DNA of 63,877 nucleotides, filler included, from Welwitschia mirabilis (Eukaryota): NCBI GenBank assembly GCA_051453625.1. It is 6 parts of one record of this genome, joined end to end, with 100 filler letters (N's around TTAATTAATTAA, not from the genome) between each part and the next. Parts side by side here need not be neighbours in the genome. Positions count along the whole stretch, not along the records: positions 62,825 to 63,877 come from JBOZIK010000001.1; 5 more parts are not named here. One strand, given 5' to 3'. Positions 62,962-63,877 of this stretch are shown here, one piece after another (the first letter of the stretch is position 1; every line of letters starts with the position of its first letter). The notes below the pieces were generated by a model. The model searched no databases, had not been told where the DNA came from, and saw nothing but the letters and a program-made list of their open reading frames with translations. A program made the translations under genes and the position numbers.

Positions 62962-63877
62962 TAGGTTATGATTTACTAGGTATAATTGCTATTAAGCTGT
63001 TATAAGTTCCAACATTAGAGCTTCGGTTGCATATTTTGTGAAGGAAAATTTCTTAAATAAACCAAAAATAAATAAATAAATCAAAATTTATATATCATGT
63101 AATTAACTATAGGTTTAACTATTAAATGACTCCTTGACAATAAGATAACCTTAAGAGAAGTCAAAATGTATATTTAACCTTAGTGAAGCATAGAGTAAGA
63201 ATTTAGAAATGAATTCCATCTCAATTCCAAAATCAACAAATTTATTTTGGTTTCTTATTTGCAACACAGTTAAAATTAATTTGGCCTAGAGGCCATCCCC
63301 AGCCACTGAATTGTTCAGGATGGCATTACTCTTTTTTTTTTTAATTTTTTTTTAAAGCGAGTCTCATTTAATCAACATGCTTGCACTTAGAATTTGCAAA
63401 TTCCGATATCTTTCATCTGCGGTTCTTCTCGCTTTCACATACAGAAATGGCTTTAATGATCCACATACAGAAATGGCTCCTCTAACACATCGGCTCTGAA
63501 GGAAAGAAGGTTATGGTGTGGGATAAAGAAATGTAGAGGGATGGACAACCTCTCAGTCCTTGGAGCCAGGCAATGTTGAACCCTTCCTTTTACATTATAA
63601 TTCATGTCGTTTTTCACTTGCAATGACGATTTGACTTTTATGAACTTAAGCAATAACTTCCGGACGCTCTTCCCTTTAATCGATCTCTTTCTTACCTCAT
63701 GATAAGCTCTTTCATCTTGCATCTCTAGCTATTCCTTCAAAAAAGTAAGTTGTTTTTAATTAGAAGTCGATTTGTAGAAGTGTAACAAGGATGGACTTCT
63801 TAGATGGAGGAAAGCAAAAATTAAGCTTGAAGATCATTTCATTTGGCCAGAATTGCCATCTGATGTTCCAGATCTAG

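Overview
A land-plant nuclear scaffold (AT-rich, heavily gapped, strongly CpG/CHG-depleted) made almost entirely of nested, decayed transposons around one real gene. That gene is a pTAC3/PAP1-like gene (plastid RNA polymerase-associated PPR/SAP protein) on the + strand. Three exons are readable (17760-18206, 29496-29556, 47599-47671), separated by TE-filled stretches of about 11 and 18 kb. The most striking object is a full-length, TSD-bounded L1-clade LINE (8961-17399, minus strand), head-to-head with the pTAC3 promoter. Its ORF2 (APE endonuclease - RT - CCHC/zf-RVT - degenerate RNase H-like region) continues through a low-complexity linker, in one reading frame, into a DnaJ/Hsp40 J-domain. 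I do not know of a described LINE carrying a J-domain. Other content: several Sirevirus-like copia elements with env-like ORFs (one lacking INT-RT-RH), a tandem TRIM-like array, Tork-like copia and solo LTRs with TSDs, two RTE-like LINE relics, a hAT transposase relic and gypsy gag/integrase relics. Five N44-TTAATTAATTAA-N44 linkers and many gap-flanking duplicates are assembly artefacts. All protein assignments come from motif recognition by eye; no database search was run.
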